In this document: piece by piece, positions 37,553 through 47,196 of the stretch
Layout of the letters: every line of letters begins with the position of its first letter
Position numbering within the stretch: position 1 is the stretch's first letter
Origin: a bacterium
GTDB lineage: Bacteria > Bdellovibrionota_C > UBA2361 > OMII01
Direction: 5' to 3'
Assembly: GCA_017853605.1 (NCBI GenBank)
Contig: JAFMJG010000003.1
Span: 1-50,758, forward strand
Length of the DNA: 50,758 bases
The notes under the pieces: model-generated
Seen by the model: the letters and a program-made list of their open reading frames with translations, nothing else
Told to the model about the DNA's origin: nothing
Databases searched by the model: none
Position numbers and translations under genes: made by a program

Positions 37553-37788
37553 GGACGCGCGCACGAAGGGGGCCAGAGGACGGCATCTCACTATTTGAGA
37601 GCCTTGTCACGCTCTGCATCGTTGGCGCGCTCTCTGCAGGGCTTGCAACGTTCGCCACCCGCCTCTCGCGGGCTGCGCTCGCCAACCACCCGCCAAACGG
37701 CCCCGCATGCCCCACGCCCCGGTGCGCCCCCGCTGGCGCAGGGCTCTCCTGCGCATGCGGAACTCGGACCTGGCAGGTTGCTCTCTGA
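37546..37788 (+). CDS. small PilV-like minor pilin
   Basis: DG|ISLFESLVTLCIVG prepilin motif; four Cys in a short C-terminal head. Confidence 0.65.
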   Translation: MLRTRARRGPEDGISLFESLVTLCIVGALSAGLATFATRLSRAALANHPPNGPACPTPRCAPAGAGLSCACGTRTWQVAL

Positions 37789-37798
37789 GGAGGCCAGC

Positions 37799-38641
37799 AT
37801 GAGAGAGAGCGGCACGACTATTCTTGAGTGCCTCGTGGCGATCGGCATGGCCGCCGCGGCAGCAAGCGTGCTCTACGCCGGGGCCTCGGGCTGGCGCAGG
37901 GCGTGCGGTGCGGCCCTTGGCGCCCTGCACGACCATGCTGCGGCAGCGGCGCTGTCAGGTGCGGTTCGGGCGGGCGTGCGTGCGCAGGCAGCATCCCGGC
38001 TTCCATACGCAGTGACTCTCGCCCCCTCAAGCGTTGAGCCCCTGCCCAACGGCGCTCCACACCCGCTCTCCCGCATGCGGGGAGCATCGAGCCCGCGCCC
38101 AGGCTCAGCTGTCGTTACCTTCCTTGAGCTTGATCCCGGCTCTCGCGGCACAGTTCAGGCGAGCAGCGGCGGCCCAAGCCAGCTGGTGATCGAGGTCTGC
38201 GGGCTCAGCGCAGCCGCAACTGGGGCGGCCTTCCGCAGCTACGTGGCGCTCGGCCCTTCTGGGGATGTCCAGGTGTCGGGCTCACTGGCGAGGGCCGCCA
38301 CTGGGTGTGCCACGCTTCGGGGTGCGGCAGTGCCGGGGATCGTCAGCGACCCAGCCCATGTCCTTCCTTCCTCGCTTTCTTCGGTGGCCGGAGTGCTTCG
38401 CGAGTACTCGCTCTTTGTAGACAATTTAGGGCAGCTGCGGCTTGCTTCACACCTTGGCACTCAGGTGCTTGAAAACCAGCCCATCGTGGCTGGCCTCGAC
38501 TCGTTTCAGGCGCGCTGGCTCCGGAGCAGCTGGGGTGCGGTAGGGGTTGCCCTGGAGATTCGGGGGGCTCACGGGCTCTCCTCATCGGATGTCGCGCCCC
38601 TGAGCCTAACCGCCCAGTGGCAGCTGGGGTGGGTACTGTGA
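37799..38641 (+). CDS. PilW/GspJ-like minor pilin
   Basis: MRESG|TTILECLVAIGM; ENQPIVAGLDSFQ; GAGGAGG RBS. Confidence 0.72.
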   Translation: MRESGTTILECLVAIGMAAAAASVLYAGASGWRRACGAALGALHDHAAAAALSGAVRAGVRAQAASRLPYAVTLAPSSVEPLPNGAPHPLSRMRGASSPRPGSAVVTFLELDPGSRGTVQASSGGPSQLVIEVCGLSAAATGAAFRSYVALGPSGDVQVSGSLARAATGCATLRGAAVPGIVSDPAHVLPSSLSSVAGVLREYSLFVDNLGQLRLASHLGTQVLENQPIVAGLDSFQARWLRSSWGAVGVALEIRGAHGLSSSDVAPLSLTAQWQLGWVL

Positions 38642-38644
38642 TCC

Positions 38645-39469
38645 ATGCACACGCTGCAGCCAAGGACAGCACGTGGCTACACCCTTCCGCTTGCGCTCGT
38701 GGCGCTCGTCATCGCGCTCTCGTTGCTGCGGGAGCTGCACGGAACGTCGGTGCACCTGCTCAGAACGTGGAGACTCGAGGCTGCAGGCGAGGCTCTCCAG
38801 CTTGCCTTTTCGCAGGCCATCGCTGCGGCAAGCCTCTCTCCCGGGCCTTGCCAGCAGCAGCCGATACAGGGCCCGCTCGGGGATGCCGCCGCCCTTCTCT
38901 GTCCAGAGCGGCCTAGCGGGCTCTCGTCTGTGCCACCGCTGCCGCTTGCCCCGGGCCGAATCGACTACGAACAGGTTTTTGCCATCGCCCAGCCATGCCC
39001 CGGAACGCTCTCGACTGTGCGGGCACAACGCTTCGTCTCTCCCCAGTCACACCACACCTGCTCTGTGGCCGGGGCGGCACGGTCGCCTCTCGTTGTGTTG
39101 GAGAACCTGGCAGCCCAGGACGTCATCCTCGCGGCCCAGGAGGAATCGCCCAGCAACACGATCGCCTCGCTCGGGTTCGTCACGGTTCGCGGCGTGCTGG
39201 CGGCAACCCGGCCACTGGTCATTCTTGCTGGAGGGGACGTGTCTATCGACGCTATCCAGGCAGCGGGACGGGAGCCCGTGCCCGTCACCGTCATCTCAGC
39301 GCGCGGGGCCGTCGAGGTTCGCGCAGCACGGGGAGTCTCACTCGTTGTCGTCGGCTCGGGCTCGCTTCAGGCGCCACTCAGCCCGCTCCCGCCGCTCCCT
39401 TTTCCATTTCCGCCCACCCGCCCGTACCGCCTCGTCGGTGCGGCCCTCCTTGACAGGAACGGGGCATAG
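38645..39469 (+). CDS. PilX/GspK-like minor pilin
   Basis: ARG|YTLPLALVALVI lacking E5, as in PilX/GspK; fourth gene of the cluster. Confidence 0.65.
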   Translation: MHTLQPRTARGYTLPLALVALVIALSLLRELHGTSVHLLRTWRLEAAGEALQLAFSQAIAAASLSPGPCQQQPIQGPLGDAAALLCPERPSGLSSVPPLPLAPGRIDYEQVFAIAQPCPGTLSTVRAQRFVSPQSHHTCSVAGAARSPLVVLENLAAQDVILAAQEESPSNTIASLGFVTVRGVLAATRPLVILAGGDVSIDAIQAAGREPVPVTVISARGAVEVRAARGVSLVVVGSGSLQAPLSPLPPLPFPFPPTRPYRLVGAALLDRNGA

Positions 39470-40453
39470 CCTGAACACCACCGGAGAGCGCCAGATCGGC
39501 TTGAGCGTTTCGGTGACACGCTCTATCAAAAATGCCTGCTCGGCGGACGATGGGGCCTCTCTGCTCTTGAGGAGGGCGCAGAAGGCCCCTGCACCGTGGC
39601 CATCCTGGGGAAAGAGCCGGTACATCGGCCCATCTGCATGCCCCGACTGAAACGCTGTGAGCAGCCCGACGGGCAGGAGCGAGAGGTGCGGGTGGCCCTT
39701 GAGAAGCCACTCGATTACCTCCTCGTTTTCTTCGCGGGAGAATGTGCACGTTGAGTACAGCAGATGCCCACCCGGCCGCACAAGGCGCGCGGCACATGCG
39801 AGTATCCTCCTCTGCCTGCGGGCATTCATGGAGATGGTTGCGGGATGAAAGGCGCCGGGCGCTGCACGGTCCTTCAGCACTAGGGACTGCCCAGAGCACG
39901 GGGCATCAACGATGACAACGTCTGCCGCCTGCGGCACGGAAGACGCAAGCGCCGCAGGATCTCGCGAGACAACGATCGATGGGTCGATGCCGCACCGCTT
40001 GAAATTTGCGATGAGCTGGCTGCTCCTCTTTCGTATCGCCTCGTTCGCCACCACAAAATCTGGCGACAGGTATCGGCTCGCCAAGATGCTCTTGCCGCCG
40101 GGCGCAGCGCACAGGTCAAGGAGCAGCGGCACCGGGCCACGCACCTCAGAGAGCGCCGCACACGCAAATGTGGATGAGAGGTCGAGGCAGTACACCTCGC
40201 CACTGTCGTGCCGCTCGCTCTTGCCGGGCCGATCGCCGCTGTCGGCAACGATGATCCACTCAGGAAGCCACGGAGGGCGTGGAGAGCCCCCTGAGCCCTG
40301 GTAGGGGCTGCCACGAATCGCCGCCACAGCCGTCCTTGCCCCGTCCCCGCTCGCCAAGGCCGCCAGAAACGCCTCCCGCTCGGCGGAATCTCCGAAGAGG
40401 GAGCGGGCAACCTTCTCGGCGTTGCGGGAGACCGTGCTACCTCTTTCGCGCAT
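39338..40453 (-). CDS. RsmB/RsmF (NOP2-family) RNA cytosine-5 methyltransferase
   Basis: LDLCAAPGGKS, VDAPCSG, YSTCTFSREENE, RLFPQ..HGAGAF motifs. Confidence 0.9.
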   Translation of the reverse strand: MRERGSTVSRNAEKVARSLFGDSAEREAFLAALASGDGARTAVAAIRGSPYQGSGGSPRPPWLPEWIIVADSGDRPGKSERHDSGEVYCLDLSSTFACAALSEVRGPVPLLLDLCAAPGGKSILASRYLSPDFVVANEAIRKRSSQLIANFKRCGIDPSIVVSRDPAALASSVPQAADVVIVDAPCSGQSLVLKDRAAPGAFHPATISMNARRQRRILACAARLVRPGGHLLYSTCTFSREENEEVIEWLLKGHPHLSLLPVGLLTAFQSGHADGPMYRLFPQDGHGAGAFCALLKSREAPSSAEQAFLIERVTETLKPIWRSPVVFRLCPVPVKEGRTDEAVRAGGRKWKRERRERAEWRLKRARADDNE

Positions 40454-41027
40454 GCTCAAACCGCTCAAGCTGGGCGCGAAGATCGTGGAGCGCCTTGACG
40501 CGCATGCTGAACGAAGCCTTCTCTTCCTTCGTCATCTCGCCCATAGTCTTGCTGCTGCCTTCGGGCTGGAAGATTGAGTCCCACCCGAACCCGGTGCCCC
40601 GCGGCGCGACGACCTCGCCCTGCACCACTCCCTCGCCGTAGATGAAGCTCTGCGGGCCAAGCGCAAGCCCAAAGATCGTGCGCACCTCGGCGCGACAGTC
40701 CTGGCGCGAAGCTGCTAGCTGGTGCACCCCCTCCCCCCCGAGCGCCTTAAGAAACCACTTGATGAGCGGCCCTGGCAGCCCGTTGAGCGCGTGTATCGAG
40801 AGCGATGTGTCTTCGATCAAGACGGGCGAGTAGCCCTGCTCGATCGCCGCCTGCGCCTTTGCTATCACCACTTTGCGCGGCTCAAGCTCCTGCACCTCCG
40901 GAAGGTCGAGCTGCACGTGCCTCATCTTGCCCAGCACAGCTTCCGTCTCCTCAAGCTTGAAGCGGTTGCCGGTGACGAAGAAAACGTCCTTGAGCACCTT
41001 GTCGATCTTGTCCCAGCGTCCCGGCAT
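40437..41027 (-). CDS. Ham1/ITPA-family non-canonical purine NTP pyrophosphatase
   Basis: FFVTGNRFKLEE, DLPEVQ, IEDTSL..ALNGLPGPLIKWFL, GFGWDSIFQP. Confidence 0.92.
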   Translation of the reverse strand: MPGRWDKIDKVLKDVFFVTGNRFKLEETEAVLGKMRHVQLDLPEVQELEPRKVVIAKAQAAIEQGYSPVLIEDTSLSIHALNGLPGPLIKWFLKALGGEGVHQLAASRQDCRAEVRTIFGLALGPQSFIYGEGVVQGEVVAPRGTGFGWDSIFQPEGSSKTMGEMTKEEKASFSMRVKALHDLRAQLERFEHARKR

Positions 41028-41349
41028 AATGAATGAGGAGGAGGCGTGCGCGCCCCGCAACGGCAACGCTCAGGATACCCCTTACTTATAAGATGAGGAT
41101 ACCCGCGAAACTGGCGCCTGCCCCCTGCAAGTGCTCAACTATGCGAGGGCAATAGAAAAACAGGGCCCCGAGCGATGTGGTGCCCAGGTCACGGCAAACG
41201 TCTCGCCCATAGGCGCACAGGCCATTACCTCGCTTCCTAACGAACACGGCGGGTTTCCTGCCATGCCGCAACTGGCGCGCTCGGCGGGCACAGTCGGGCA
41301 CAGCGCCCCCCGGCGCTCGGGAGGGACGGCCCGCGCCTGGCGAGGCAGC

Positions 41350-41754
41350 TCAGCTACAGTGCACCACAACCTGCCGCACACCCCCGTGGCGCCGGTGCTC
41401 CCAGACGTAGATCCCCTGCCACGTGCCGAGCGCCAGGTTGCCATTCATCATGGGTATAGAGAGCGAGACATCGGTGAGGATCGACTTAATGTGCGATGGC
41501 ATATCGTCCGGACCCTCCGCAGTGTGGGTAAAGAGCTCGTCGCGCTCCGGCACAAGCCGGTTGAGCCACGCCTCTAGATCTCGCCGTGCAGAGGGATCCG
41601 CATTCTCCTGAATCGTGAGGCTAGCTGAGGTATGCCGGATGAAGACCGTGCAGATTCCCTCGAGCGTGCCCGAGCTGCGCGCGATACTGCCGACCTCCTC
41701 AGTAATCTCGAAGAGACCCTGCCCCGTTGTTCGCACCGAAAACGTCTTTACCAT
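41350..41754 (-). CDS. yjbQ: YjbQ/UPF0047 family protein
   Basis: HTSASLTIQENADP, HTAEGPDDMPSHIK, LGTWQGIYVWEHR. Confidence 0.95.
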   Translation of the reverse strand: MVKTFSVRTTGQGLFEITEEVGSIARSSGTLEGICTVFIRHTSASLTIQENADPSARRDLEAWLNRLVPERDELFTHTAEGPDDMPSHIKSILTDVSLSIPMMNGNLALGTWQGIYVWEHRRHGGVRQVVVHCS

Positions 41755-42051
41755 CGCCTCGCCCCGACCCTCGCTCCCTCAGCGGGGAACGCGCCCCCCA
41801 TTGCCGCACTCTACACGAGCCCGCCCTGCCCCTCCACCGCGCGAAGCGCGACTGTTCACGGCCACTGGCTGCCGTGGCCACCAGGCCTGCGCCTCACCGG
41901 ACTAGCGGCGCGCTGCCGAAGCAGGCCCCTCATCCAGCCCTTCAACCGAGCGAATCCTTATGCTTAGACGCCGAGAGCGGCCTGACTTTAAACTTCCCTA
42001 AGGATCCAATTCCCGGTACACTCCGGGAGCACATTTTTTTGGTGGCAGCCG

Positions 42052-42306
42052 ATGGCAAAGATACCTTGGAGCCAAATTCGGGAAGCTTTCGAAGGTCAGT
42101 GGGTTGAGCTCACCGACTACTCGTGGAAGCCAGAGTCGGTGCACCCGCACGCGGCCAAGGTGCGCCACTTCAGCGAGAGCCGAAACGAGCTGCTTTCAAT
42201 GATTGCCCGCTCGGGGAGCATCGAGGGCGCTGTCGTGCTCTTTGTCGGCCCTGCCTTTCCCGGCATTTACACGACACAACACGGTTCGTTCGCGAGCAAC
42301 TTCTAA
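42052..42306 (+). CDS. small hypothetical protein
   Basis: 84 aa, WSQIREAFEGQWV pattern; co-directional with the GH3 gene. Confidence 0.6.
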   Translation: MAKIPWSQIREAFEGQWVELTDYSWKPESVHPHAAKVRHFSESRNELLSMIARSGSIEGAVVLFVGPAFPGIYTTQHGSFASNF

Positions 42307-42336
42307 TTCTCGCAAAGTTCCCGTATCGTTGCCGGC

Positions 42337-43926
42337 ATGCTAGATGCCACCCCCCTTCTCCGACTGTACTCCCGCTGGCGCAACGAGCAGCTCCAAAGCC
42401 AAAATCCAGCGGATGTCCAGCGCTCGCAGCTCCTCTCGCTCGTGAAGCGCGCGAAAGAGACGCGCTTTGGCGTTGATCATTCGTTCGCCTCAATCCGCTC
42501 TCTTGAGGAGTACCAGCAGCGGGTGCCGCTGCGCAGGTACGAGCAGTTCTGGGAGGAGTACTGGAAGGGAACCTTCCCCGTGCTGAGCGGCTGCACCTGG
42601 CCCGGGACAATCCGCTTCTTTCCCGTCAGCTCGGGGACATCATCTGGAACCACGAAGTACATCCCATGCTCGGGCGAGATGATGCGCTCCAACACAAAGG
42701 CGGGCATCGACCTCCTCGTGCACCACGTCACCAACCGCCCGCGATCGAGCCTACTGGGGGGCAAGAGCTTCATGCTCGGGGGGAGCACAGACCTGACTGA
42801 GCCATCGCCCGGCATCTTCTTTGGGGACCTGAGCGGCATCGCCGTCAAGAACCTTCCGTGGTGGCTTAGGTCGCGCTACTTCCCCCCCGCCAGCCTGGCT
42901 CTCATCAAAAACTGGGAGGAGAAGGTCGACACACTGGCCAAGCTCTCTCTCGACCAGGACATTAGGATGATATCGGGCGTCCCTGCTTGGCTTCTCATCT
43001 TCTTTGACAAGCTGGCCTCGCTGAGGCCCGAGGCAGCCGGAAATATCTGCAAGATCTACGAAAACCTCGAGATGGTGGTTCACGGCGGCGTTAACTTCGC
43101 TCCCTATGTGGACCGCTTCCGGGATGTCCTGGCTGGAGGCACTGCGGAGCTGCGCGAGGTATATCCTGCAAGCGAGGGATTCATCGCCATCGCCGACAGG
43201 GGATACGGTGATGGGCTTCGCTTGAACCTCGACCACGGCATCTTCTATGAGTTCGTGCCGCTTGAGGAGCTTGACTCCCAGTCGCCCTCCAGGCACTGGA
43301 TCGGAAACGTCCAGCCCGACATCAACTACGCCGTCGTGATGACGACCTGTGCAGGGCTCTGGTCGTACGTAATCGGGGACACAGTGCGCTTCGTCGACAC
43401 TGCAACACCGCGCGTCTTGGTGACGGGACGCACATCCTACTACCTCTCCGCGTTCGGCGAGCACCTGATCGCTGAGGAGGTCGAGGACGGCGTGGTCACA
43501 GCCGCCAAGGCGATCGGCGCTGAGGTCGCCGACTTTACAGTTGGGCCGATCTTCCCGGAGCGCCCCGGTGATCTCGGCGGGCACATCTACATTGTCGAGT
43601 TCCGGGGCGAGGTGCCCGCTGCCGGGCGCATTGCATCATTCAGCGAGGCGCTCGACCGCAAGCTCTGCCAGCGCAATGAGGACTACGAATCCCACCGCTC
43701 TGGCGGGTATGGCCTCAAGGCGCCAGCTGTGGTGCCCGTGCCGGATGGCTGCTTCGCCGCCTGGATGAAGCACCGGGGTAAGCTAGGGGGGCAAAACAAG
43801 GTGCCTCGCATCATCACGAGCCGCGAGCTGCTGGCAGATCTGCTCTCGTTTGTCGGGGCTCAGCCGGGGCCCCAGGCGGGTGCCGTGCCGCCAACGCCTG
43901 GCCAGGCTGGCCCGACCAGCGCGTAA
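42337..43926 (+). CDS. GH3-family acyl-acid amido synthetase-like protein
   Basis: SSGTSSGTTKYIP, EVYPASEGF, AGLWSYVIGDTVRF, GKLGGQNKVPR. Confidence 0.92.
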   Translation: MLDATPLLRLYSRWRNEQLQSQNPADVQRSQLLSLVKRAKETRFGVDHSFASIRSLEEYQQRVPLRRYEQFWEEYWKGTFPVLSGCTWPGTIRFFPVSSGTSSGTTKYIPCSGEMMRSNTKAGIDLLVHHVTNRPRSSLLGGKSFMLGGSTDLTEPSPGIFFGDLSGIAVKNLPWWLRSRYFPPASLALIKNWEEKVDTLAKLSLDQDIRMISGVPAWLLIFFDKLASLRPEAAGNICKIYENLEMVVHGGVNFAPYVDRFRDVLAGGTAELREVYPASEGFIAIADRGYGDGLRLNLDHGIFYEFVPLEELDSQSPSRHWIGNVQPDINYAVVMTTCAGLWSYVIGDTVRFVDTATPRVLVTGRTSYYLSAFGEHLIAEEVEDGVVTAAKAIGAEVADFTVGPIFPERPGDLGGHIYIVEFRGEVPAAGRIASFSEALDRKLCQRNEDYESHRSGGYGLKAPAVVPVPDGCFAAWMKHRGKLGGQNKVPRIITSRELLADLLSFVGAQPGPQAGAVPPTPGQAGPTSA

Positions 43927-43939
43927 CGCCGCCGCGCAT

Positions 43940-43969
43940 TTGCAAAAGGGAGCCGCTCGCGCCTAGAAT
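43940..43969 (+). promoter_or_regulatory. sigma70 promoter for a leaderless transcript
   Basis: TTGCAA-N18-TAGAAT, ATG 6 nt downstream, no SD. Confidence 0.6.
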
Positions 43970-43975
43970 CCCCGC

Positions 43976-44707
43976 ATGGACATCGCGGCGGCAGCGTCAG
44001 TCATCATTCTCTACCCACTTGTCCTGCTCGGGGATGGCTGCCTCCTGATCGCCATCGCTGTGGCCAGCACCACCCGCGGGCACTCCCTGCTGTGGGGAGC
44101 CTCCTTCGCCCTCTTCCACGCCCTCTACGGGGTGCTCGGGATCCTGCTGGCTTCGCAGCTCCTCGTATACTCTGGTATCTTGGGCGAGCTCTTCATGCTC
44201 GCCGGAGCTGTCTTCCTCCTCTGGCACTTCGCCCACCATCGGCTGCATCACCGGATGCACCACGACTGCAGCTGCGAGAACCACCCATCGGCGCAGCTCT
44301 CTGCGCTCGGTGTCATCTCTTCCGCGGCCGCGCTCTCCCTGCACGCCCTGGCGGGAGGCGCCATCGTGCAGAGCATCATGCCGGAGGCCTCAACCGCCTC
44401 AACGGTGTCGCTGCTCATCGCAGCTTCCGTCGTGTTAGGGCTCCTCTCATTCGCGATTCTCAAGATAGGGGAGCTTGAGCAACAGCACATACTAAAGCTC
44501 CTTGACCGCCTCCCTGGAATAGTAGGTTTCATCCTCACTGCCCTTTGCTTTGGGGTGCTCTACCACATCATTGATGATGCCCTGGCCTCCTCACCGCTGC
44601 TCCTCTCGGGCTTCATCCTTGTGGCAGCAGTGGCGAGCGCCTGTGTTGGTCGGCTCCTGCATGGAAGACGGGCACCGCCGGTGGTGAAGATCGGCGCGAA
44701 AAAGTAG
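43976..44707 (+). CDS. His-rich integral membrane protein, putative metal transporter
   Basis: About 7 TM helices; loop HFAHHRLHHRMHHDCSCENH; intramembrane SLHALAGG. Confidence 0.7.
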   Translation: MDIAAAASVIILYPLVLLGDGCLLIAIAVASTTRGHSLLWGASFALFHALYGVLGILLASQLLVYSGILGELFMLAGAVFLLWHFAHHRLHHRMHHDCSCENHPSAQLSALGVISSAAALSLHALAGGAIVQSIMPEASTASTVSLLIAASVVLGLLSFAILKIGELEQQHILKLLDRLPGIVGFILTALCFGVLYHIIDDALASSPLLLSGFILVAAVASACVGRLLHGRRAPPVVKIGAKK

Positions 44708-44833
44708 CCAACATGCTGAATTCGTCGGCAAAGGCCGGCATTGATCCGCAACAATCGGCCTACGGAGGGTTTCCAGTGGTGCCTATTTCCTCTACTATCG
44801 CGGCAGCCGTGCAACCCAGGAGCAGTCGCTAGC

Positions 44834-45745
44834 ATGTCAACTCGAGGCCAGCCCTTTCATCCGTTCAATATCGTCAAGCAGAGCGCCTTCTGGGCGATCC
44901 ACCTCGGTTGCTTGGGTGTCTATTGGGTTGGCTGCAGCTGGACTGCCATCACGATCTGTCTCGCCCTGTACGTCATTCGGATGTTTGCGGTAACCGGCGC
45001 GTACCACCGCTACTTCTCCCATCGATCATACCAAACCAGCCGCGTGTTCCAGTTTCTTTTGGCGCTGCTGGGGACTACGGCCGCCCAGAAGGGTCCCATC
45101 TGGTGGGCATCTCACCATCGCCACCACCACAAGCACTCGGACACAGAGGAAGATATCCATCCCCCCGGCATTTACGGCCTGTGGTGGGCGCACGTTGGAT
45201 GGGTCCTCAGCACCCAGTTTATCGAGCCGCGCTCAGAGCTTGTGAAGGACCTCTGCCGATTTCCGGAGCTGCGGGTGCTCGATAAGCACCACATCGTGCC
45301 ACCCCTGCTGCTGATGGGAGCACTGGCCGCCCTCGGCTCGTACCTCGGGGCACACGCGCCCGAGCTGCACACCTCCGCGGGGCAGCTCATCGTGTGGGGA
45401 TTCTGCGTCAGCACAACGCTCCTTTACCACGGCACGTTCTGCATCAACTCGCTCGCGCACGTCATTGGCCGCCCGCGCTTCAAGACCGGCGATGACAGCA
45501 AAAACAGCTTCATCCTCGCCCTGATCACGCTCGGCGAGGGGTGGCACAACAACCACCACCGGTACCCAGGCTCAGAGCGTCAGGGGTTCTACTGGTGGGA
45601 GGTCGACATCTCTCACTACATCCTGAGGGGCCTGTCCCTCTTCGGCCTCGTGTGGGATCTGCGAGAGCCCCCAGCCCGCATCTACCAGGAGGCCCTCGAG
45701 CGGCAAGAACCGCAGGAGCCGCCTCAGATGCCCTTGGCGGCGTAG
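44834..45745 (+). CDS. acyl-CoA/acyl-lipid delta-9 fatty acid desaturase
   Basis: His boxes YHRYFSH, HHRHHH, WHNNHH; AGGAG RBS before ATG 44834. Confidence 0.93.
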   Translation: MSTRGQPFHPFNIVKQSAFWAIHLGCLGVYWVGCSWTAITICLALYVIRMFAVTGAYHRYFSHRSYQTSRVFQFLLALLGTTAAQKGPIWWASHHRHHHKHSDTEEDIHPPGIYGLWWAHVGWVLSTQFIEPRSELVKDLCRFPELRVLDKHHIVPPLLLMGALAALGSYLGAHAPELHTSAGQLIVWGFCVSTTLLYHGTFCINSLAHVIGRPRFKTGDDSKNSFILALITLGEGWHNNHHRYPGSERQGFYWWEVDISHYILRGLSLFGLVWDLREPPARIYQEALERQEPQEPPQMPLAA

Positions 45746-45916
45746 TCCTGTCACTCTCCACAACGCAGCCTCCTGTCTTAAAAAACATCCCTAATTTAGC
45801 CTGTTACAAAGGGATTTTGCGGCCTCCGCCGGCGCAAAATCCTTGGTGCTCTTTTGGGCCGGCAGCCATCTTAAACCTAGCGCCAAAAACGCATCGCAAG
45901 GGCGCAAAAAAACGGC

Positions 45917-47188
45917 ATGAATATCCTGCTCCTCAACCAAGACTGGTTCGCTACAGAGCTCCGCTCCTTTGGCCACTCCGTGCTCACGTGTGGCACTGCC
46001 CCACACCTTGAAGTGCGGCTTCTTCACCCCGTCGTGCAGATACGCGAGCTGCTTGAAAGCCTGCCGGGGGGATTCCAGCCGGATGTCGTCGTATGGTTCG
46101 ACGACAGCGCGCCGGTTATGTTCCTTGGCCTTGAGGACTGCCCCCTTCCAACGGTCTTCTACTCGGTCGACACTCACCACCACTGGGAGCTCCATTCAAG
46201 GCTTGCGCACTGCTTCGATCACGTCTTCGTCGCGCAAAAAGACTACCTGCACCACTTTAGCGCCTCCGGCACCCCGCATTCGTGGCTGCCCCTGTGGGCG
46301 TCGCGGCACGTTGAGGCATCCGACAGCAAGCAGATGGAGCTGTCGTTTGTCGGCACAATGAACCCGAAGCTGAACAAGAAGCGGGTCGATTTCTTTTCTG
46401 CGCTTCAAGAGACACTTCCGATCACTATCCGGCAGGGAAACTACTGGGAGATCTTTCCGTTCTCGGAGATAGTCATCAACCAAACCGTCAGCGGGGACCT
46501 AAACTTCCGCGTCTTTGAGGCGATGATGTGCGGCTGTATGCTCCTTACCGAGAGAAGCTCAAACGGCCTGCTTGAGCTGTTTAATGAAGGCGAGCACCTA
46601 GTAACCTACACCGCAGGAGATGTGCACGACGTGGCAGAAAAGGCGCAGGAGCTCCTTGCGGCCCCTAGCCGCATGCGGGCCATCGCCCGGGCGGGACGGG
46701 ATCGCGTGTTGGCGTCCCACACCGCCCTGCACCGGGCCGGGCAGCTTCATGACGTTCTGCTCTCTCTCTCAAAGCGCCCGAAAAGCCCAAGCCGCCACCT
46801 GCCGATGATGATTAACCATGCCATATCGAGCTCGCTTCATGAGCAGAGGAATCCGCAGCTTGCCGCATATGCGCTGCGAGGCGCGATCGAATGCGCGACT
46901 GCCTCACTGAGGGAGGGAGCAGTGCCTAGCGAGGTAGAAACAGCGCACCTGATCCGCACGTACCTGCGGTGGGACCGCTTCTCCAAGGACCGCTCGGGAT
47001 CCCAGCTGCTCATTCGGCACGCTGAGGCCCTCCCCTCAAACTGCCTGCTGACGCTCGCTCGCGTTAGGGCCCTCCTGAATGGAGGAAATCGTCTTGAGGC
47101 TGAGGTCATCGCCTCGCGGATCTCTGACGAGGGCGCCTCCCATGTCTTCTCAATCGCAGAGGAGACCGTAAACCTCCTGCTGGCGTAG
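45917..47188 (+). CDS. GT-B glycosyltransferase, CgeB-like
   Basis: SVDTHHH, LSFVG, IVINQ..SGDLNFRVFEAMMCG..LLT, GRDRVLASHT..HRA. Confidence 0.85.
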   Translation: MNILLLNQDWFATELRSFGHSVLTCGTAPHLEVRLLHPVVQIRELLESLPGGFQPDVVVWFDDSAPVMFLGLEDCPLPTVFYSVDTHHHWELHSRLAHCFDHVFVAQKDYLHHFSASGTPHSWLPLWASRHVEASDSKQMELSFVGTMNPKLNKKRVDFFSALQETLPITIRQGNYWEIFPFSEIVINQTVSGDLNFRVFEAMMCGCMLLTERSSNGLLELFNEGEHLVTYTAGDVHDVAEKAQELLAAPSRMRAIARAGRDRVLASHTALHRAGQLHDVLLSLSKRPKSPSRHLPMMINHAISSSLHEQRNPQLAAYALRGAIECATASLREGAVPSEVETAHLIRTYLRWDRFSKDRSGSQLLIRHAEALPSNCLLTLARVRALLNGGNRLEAEVIASRISDEGASHVFSIAEETVNLLLA

Positions 47189-47196
47189 GGGCACGG

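Noticed and set aside
41072-41104. AGGATACCC repeated twice here and once at 31056
   Set aside because: Too short and too few for a repeat family or CRISPR; more simply read as minus-strand -10-like TATCCT elements.
41187-41230. GGCAAAC...GGCGCACAG resembling a c-di-GMP-I riboswitch
   Set aside because: No GNRA-capped stem, and no plus-strand gene downstream.
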